Source: Candidatus Bathyarchaeota archaeon
GTDB taxonomy: Archaea; Thermoproteota; Bathyarchaeia; TCS64
DNA length: 27,705 nucleotides
Reading direction: 5' to 3'
Assembly (NCBI GenBank): GCA_003662205.1
Contig: QMXQ01000001.1
Coordinates: 1 to 27,705, forward strand
Made by a program: the position numbers and the translations under genes. Under the pieces are notes generated by a model. It ran no database searches. It saw only the letters and a program-made list of their open reading frames with translations, and had not been told where the DNA came from. This document shows positions 23,901-27,705 of the stretch, in pieces (within the stretch, counting starts at the first letter, position 1; each line of letters starts with the position of its first letter).

Positions 23901-26900
23901 ATGGTGTACATCCAGAAGATAGTGATGAAGAACTTCAAATCGTTCGGCGGCTCGGTGAGGCTGAACCTCCAGCCGGGGTTCAACGTCATCACCGGGCCGA
24001 ACGGCAGCGGCAAGAGCAATGTCATAGACGCCGTTCAGTTCGTCTTCGGGGAGCTCGGCTCCAGGAGGATGCGGGTCCCCGACCTGTCGGGCCTGATCTT
24101 CGACGGCGCCGACGAGAGCGGCACCAAGAAGGCGAGGACGGCCCAGGTCACCATCTACTTCGACAACTCGGACCGGGGCCTCGCCGTAGACAAGAAGATC
24201 GTGAGCGTCAGCAGGAAGATCGACCAGCAGGGGAAGAGCAAGTACTTCCTCAACGGCAGGCGGACGTCGAGGCGCGCGGTGCTGGACCTCCTGGAGATGG
24301 CCGGCATCAGCCCCGGCGGGTACAACATCGTCCTCCAGGGGACCGCCACCAGGCTGAGCGACCTCACCCCATCCGAGCGGATGCGCGCCCTCGAGGACCT
24401 CATAGGCATCACCGAGTACGACGAGAAGAAGGCGGAGGCCAAAGTCCGGCTGGCGGAAGCCGAACGGAAGATCGAGATCGCCTCAGCCAGAATAGACGAG
24501 GTACGGAAGCGCGTCAACGAGCTGGAGCGCCAAAGGAACGACGCCATCCGCTACCGCCTCCTGCTGAAGGAGGAGCGGAAGCTCAACGCCCTCAAACTCT
24601 CAAGCCAGATCTCCCAGCTCGAGTCGAAGATCGAGGCGCTCGGAGAGCAGATCGCGGAGAACGAGGGGGCGGTCGCCAAGCTCGAGGAAGAGCGGGGCCG
24701 GCTCATCGAGGAGCGGAACGCGGCGAGGGCCCGATGGGAGGAGTTCAACAAGGAGGCCAACGAGAAGGGCAACACCCGCCTCCCCCTCCTCAAATCCGAC
24801 CTCGTGGGCAAGAGGACGCTCAAGGCCTCCCTCGAGGCGAGGCTGAAGGAGATCGAGTCCCGAAAGCAGTCCCTCCAGAAAGGGATCGAGCAGAAGCTCG
24901 CCGAGATCGAAAGGTCGCGGAAGGAGATCGAGGAGAAGCGGCTGGAGCTGCTGAACCTCACCAAGCTAGAGGCCCAGGTCGACGCCGAGATAGCGGAGAA
25001 GGAGGCCAAGCTCAGGGAGCTCAACGAGAAGATCAGCACCCTCAGGAAGTCCGCCGAAACCAACCAGAGACGGGCGGAGAGCCTGACCGAGTCCCTGGTC
25101 CCCATGCAGGAGAGCCTGAGCGGCCTCGAGATCGAGATCAACAGGCACCTGGTCAACCAGAGCAGCCTGAAGGCGAAGATCGAGGAGCTCGAGCAGAAAA
25201 AGATCGAGGTCTCAGAGAGAGGGGAAACCCTAAAGGAAAAGATCGAGCAGTTCGAGGCGCTGAAGGCCGCCGAGTTCCGGAAGCTCGAGGGCTTGCTCCA
25301 CACCATGGAGGAGCAGGTGAAGCGGCAGAAGAGCATCAGGAGCACCATCGAGGGCGCGAGCAAGCTGGCGAAGGAGGCCGAGACAACCATCACCCAGTTC
25401 TCCGCCAAGCGGGACCTGTGGAAGAAGATCGTGACGGAGGAGAAGGCCCAGGCGCGCATCAAGGAGATGGGGGAGGCAGGAGCCCTCCCCGGCTACCACG
25501 GCATCCTCCGATCCCTCGTGAAGATCGACCTCAAATACCAGCGCGCCGCCACCACGTCGTCCAACGGCTGGATAAAGGCCATCGTCGTCGACGACATCGA
25601 GACGGCGCTCGAGTGCGTGGAGCGGCTGAAGAAGACCAAGCTCGGCATGACGAGGTTCCTGCCGCTGAAGAATCTCCGGCCCCCGCGGGAACTCCCCGAG
25701 ATCGAGGAGGCGGGCGTCATCGGCCCCATACCCCGCCTGATCCGGTACGACCCCAGGTACGCGCCCGTCGTCAACCTGGTCTGGGGGGACACCTTCATCG
25801 TCGAGGACCGGTCCGCGGCGCTGAGGGTCGTCGGGGAGGGGTACAGGGCGGTCACCCTCTCGGGCGATGTCTACGAGCCGGACGGCGGCCTCATCGGCGG
25901 CTACTATCGGAGGCCCCCGGACTTCTCCAAGCTGATACCGAGCGAGGAGTCCGTCAAGGTGCTCTCCGAGACCATCAGGAAGCTGAGGGAGCGCCTGCGG
26001 AAGCGGATGAACGACCTGAAGCTCTCGGGGGAGAGCCTCCGTCGGTTCGACAGCTTCCTGGATCAGTCCAAGAAGACCGTCGAGGGCATCGACGAGCAGA
26101 TCAGGGAGACGGAGGAGAGCATCAAGAGGCTGGAGCGGAACATCGGCGCCATCGACGAAAAGATCGGGAAGCTCGCGGCGGAGATGGAGCGGGAGCAGGG
26201 TCTCATAGCCGCCCTCCGAGGACGCCGGGAGAAGACGCTCCAGGAGATCGAGCGGACCAAGGCCGAGATCGCCGAGCTGAAGGCGCTCAAGCCCTCCGAC
26301 GTGGCCGGCCTGGAGCTGGAGTCGAACAGCCTCAGCCGCGAGGTGGCGGCCCTACGGGAGAAGCGGGGCCAGCTGAGGTCGGACATCTCGGTTCAGACGA
26401 ACCTCATAGACCGGTACCTGGAGCTGAAGATCGCCGAGGCGGAGGGGCAGATCAGCAGGTGGCGCGAGGAGATAGCGTCCCTGGACGCCGAGCACGCCGA
26501 CATCCTGAAGCGGATCGGGGAGATCGCCTCCGACATCGAGGAGCTCCAGAAGATCCTGGACGAGGTGACCTCCGAGGTCGAGTCCACGAGCCGGGTCATG
26601 GAGCAGCACCAGCGGACCCTCAGGCAGATAGACCGGCAGATCGAGCAGATCGAGGCGAGGCGCGAGCGCCTCGTCCGGAGGAAGATGGAGCTCAGCGTCG
26701 AGGTGGAGAAGCTCCGGCTCCAGTGCGAGCAGAGGTACGGGGAGCTCGCGAGCCTGGGCTTCGAGGACAAGCTGAGCCTCGATGGCGTCGACCTCGACCG
26801 GGTGGAGCGCACCCTTCGGCTCATCAGGGCCGAGAAGGCCTCGCTGGGCGCGATCAACCAGCTCGCCGAGGAGCAGTACCGGGAGTACGTGGGCAACTAC

Positions 26901-27449
26901 AAGCAGATGAGCATCCGCATCAACGAGCTGGAGGAGGAGAAGGCCTCCATCCTCAGGTTCATCGACGAGGTGGAGCGGGAGAAGCAGGAGCACTTCATGA
27001 AGGCCTTCAACGAGGTCTGCGAGAACTTCTCCAACATCTTCGCGAAGCTCACCGGCGGCGGCGACGGGAGGCTGGAGCTCCAGAAGCCGGAGGACCCCTT
27101 CTCCGCCGGCGTGGACCTCTACATCCAGTTCCCGGGGAAGCCGATGAGGCTGGCGAGCGGGGCCAGCGGCGGGGAGCGGTCCGTCGCGGCCATCGCCTAC
27201 CTCCTCGCCATCCAGCGGTTCCTGAAGGCGCCCTTCTACCTGTTCGACGAGATCGACGCCCACCTCGACGACCTGAACGTTTCCAGGCTGGCGGACGTCC
27301 TCAGGGAGAACGCCCTGGAGTCCCAGTTCATCGTGGTGACGCTGAAGGACGTGATGGTCCACAACGCCGAGAGGATCTACGGCGTCTTCAACCAGGGCGG
27401 CCGCAGCCGGGTGCTGGCGCTGCCCATGAAGATGGAGGTGGCGCTGTAG
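23901..27449 (+). CDS. smc: Chromosome segregation protein SMC
   Basis: Walker A GPNGSGKSN, long coiled coils, hinge (GYHG...GGLIGG), signature SGGERS and Walker B/D-loop FYLFDEIDAHLD; 1182 aa. Confidence 0.98.
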   Translation: MVYIQKIVMKNFKSFGGSVRLNLQPGFNVITGPNGSGKSNVIDAVQFVFGELGSRRMRVPDLSGLIFDGADESGTKKARTAQVTIYFDNSDRGLAVDKKIVSVSRKIDQQGKSKYFLNGRRTSRRAVLDLLEMAGISPGGYNIVLQGTATRLSDLTPSERMRALEDLIGITEYDEKKAEAKVRLAEAERKIEIASARIDEVRKRVNELERQRNDAIRYRLLLKEERKLNALKLSSQISQLESKIEALGEQIAENEGAVAKLEEERGRLIEERNAARARWEEFNKEANEKGNTRLPLLKSDLVGKRTLKASLEARLKEIESRKQSLQKGIEQKLAEIERSRKEIEEKRLELLNLTKLEAQVDAEIAEKEAKLRELNEKISTLRKSAETNQRRAESLTESLVPMQESLSGLEIEINRHLVNQSSLKAKIEELEQKKIEVSERGETLKEKIEQFEALKAAEFRKLEGLLHTMEEQVKRQKSIRSTIEGASKLAKEAETTITQFSAKRDLWKKIVTEEKAQARIKEMGEAGALPGYHGILRSLVKIDLKYQRAATTSSNGWIKAIVVDDIETALECVERLKKTKLGMTRFLPLKNLRPPRELPEIEEAGVIGPIPRLIRYDPRYAPVVNLVWGDTFIVEDRSAALRVVGEGYRAVTLSGDVYEPDGGLIGGYYRRPPDFSKLIPSEESVKVLSETIRKLRERLRKRMNDLKLSGESLRRFDSFLDQSKKTVEGIDEQIRETEESIKRLERNIGAIDEKIGKLAAEMEREQGLIAALRGRREKTLQEIERTKAEIAELKALKPSDVAGLELESNSLSREVAALREKRGQLRSDISVQTNLIDRYLELKIAEAEGQISRWREEIASLDAEHADILKRIGEIASDIEELQKILDEVTSEVESTSRVMEQHQRTLRQIDRQIEQIEARRERLVRRKMELSVEVEKLRLQCEQRYGELASLGFEDKLSLDGVDLDRVERTLRLIRAEKASLGAINQLAEEQYREYVGNYKQMSIRINELEEEKASILRFIDEVEREKQEHFMKAFNEVCENFSNIFAKLTGGGDGRLELQKPEDPFSAGVDLYIQFPGKPMRLASGASGGERSVAAIAYLLAIQRFLKAPFYLFDEIDAHLDDLNVSRLADVLRENALESQFIVVTLKDVMVHNAERIYGVFNQGGRSRVLALPMKMEVAL

Positions 27450-27450
27450 G

Positions 27451-27705
27451 ATGGGCAAGAAGGAGAAGCCTTTCTACCTCCGCCCGCCGTGGGAGATCCT
27501 GTTTAAGGAGACGAAGCTGGACAAGGTGTCGCCGTGGAGCATTGACCTCGTCTACCTGCTCACCACGCTGCTGGAGGAGATGAGCCGGGTGGGCATCGAC
27601 TTCAGGATGGCCGGGACCGCCATCAACTCCTCCGTGCTCATCTACCTGAAGAAGGCGGAGATGCTCCTCAAGATGGAGGAGCCCCCGAAGGCCCCGCCCG
27701 AGAAG
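27451..27705 (+). CDS. scpA: Kleisin ScpA, N-terminal part (runs off the right edge)
   Basis: ATG 1 nt after the smc stop gives MGKKEKPFYLRPPWEILF...SPWSIDLVYLL...DFRMAGTAI...LKKAEMLL, the ScpA N-terminal pattern. Confidence 0.9.
   Translation, partial: MGKKEKPFYLRPPWEILFKETKLDKVSPWSIDLVYLLTTLLEEMSRVGIDFRMAGTAINSSVLIYLKKAEMLLKMEEPPKAPPEK

Noticed and set aside
27154-27183. SMC signature reads ASGGE rather than LSGGE
   Set aside because: The SGG core, Walker A/B and D-loop are intact. This single substitution is not enough to infer altered function.
24734-27583. 949-aa alternative-frame ORF inside smc, and similar long shadow ORFs over the M28, dnaJ, purA, AstE-like and uppS genes
   Set aside because: These are Arg/Gly/Pro-rich translations with no motifs, expected from off-frame or antisense reading of high-GC3 genes that have few stop codons.
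1-27705. CRISPR arrays, rRNA, integrases or transposases
   Set aside because: No regularly spaced repeats, rRNA-like segments or recombinase motifs were seen by eye.

Overview
High-GC (about 60-68% by eye) archaeal chromosomal window. TFB, DUF373-uppS, short archaeal PurA, a SAMP-like gene, an A1-U72 tRNA-Gln and smc-scpA show it is archaeal. A Bathyarchaeia-like host is my inference from gene content, not a verified assignment. Most of it is housekeeping: dnaK (partial), dnaJ, purA, OsmC, CinA-like, site-2 protease, N-acetyltransferase, tfb, uppS, Xaa-Pro peptidase, smc and scpA (partial). The most unusual elements are: (1) an integrase-less AT-rich islet (~14940-16690, about 25-35% GC) carrying an RxxxxH HEPN-like gene between two CPKCG zinc-finger genes, which appears to have supplied the 3' end of the neighbouring M20 peptidase; (2) a LarA (lactate racemase) homologue in which six of the seven recognisable cofactor or catalytic positions are substituted, located behind Cys-rich OsmC and CinA-like genes; (3) a split, order-reversed YoaP-like thioredoxin/GNAT pair inside a four-gene block separating dnaK from dnaJ; (4) a nucleotidyltransferase with two tandem HEPN-like helical repeats directly upstream of tRNA-Gln; (5) a +1 frameshift at a G5 run in the M20 gene; (6) a membrane-anchored GH113-like protein with Asp at the expected nucleophile position; (7) a 51-aa membrane ORF missing from the ORF track. 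Family assignments come from motif recognition by eye, and no database searches were run.
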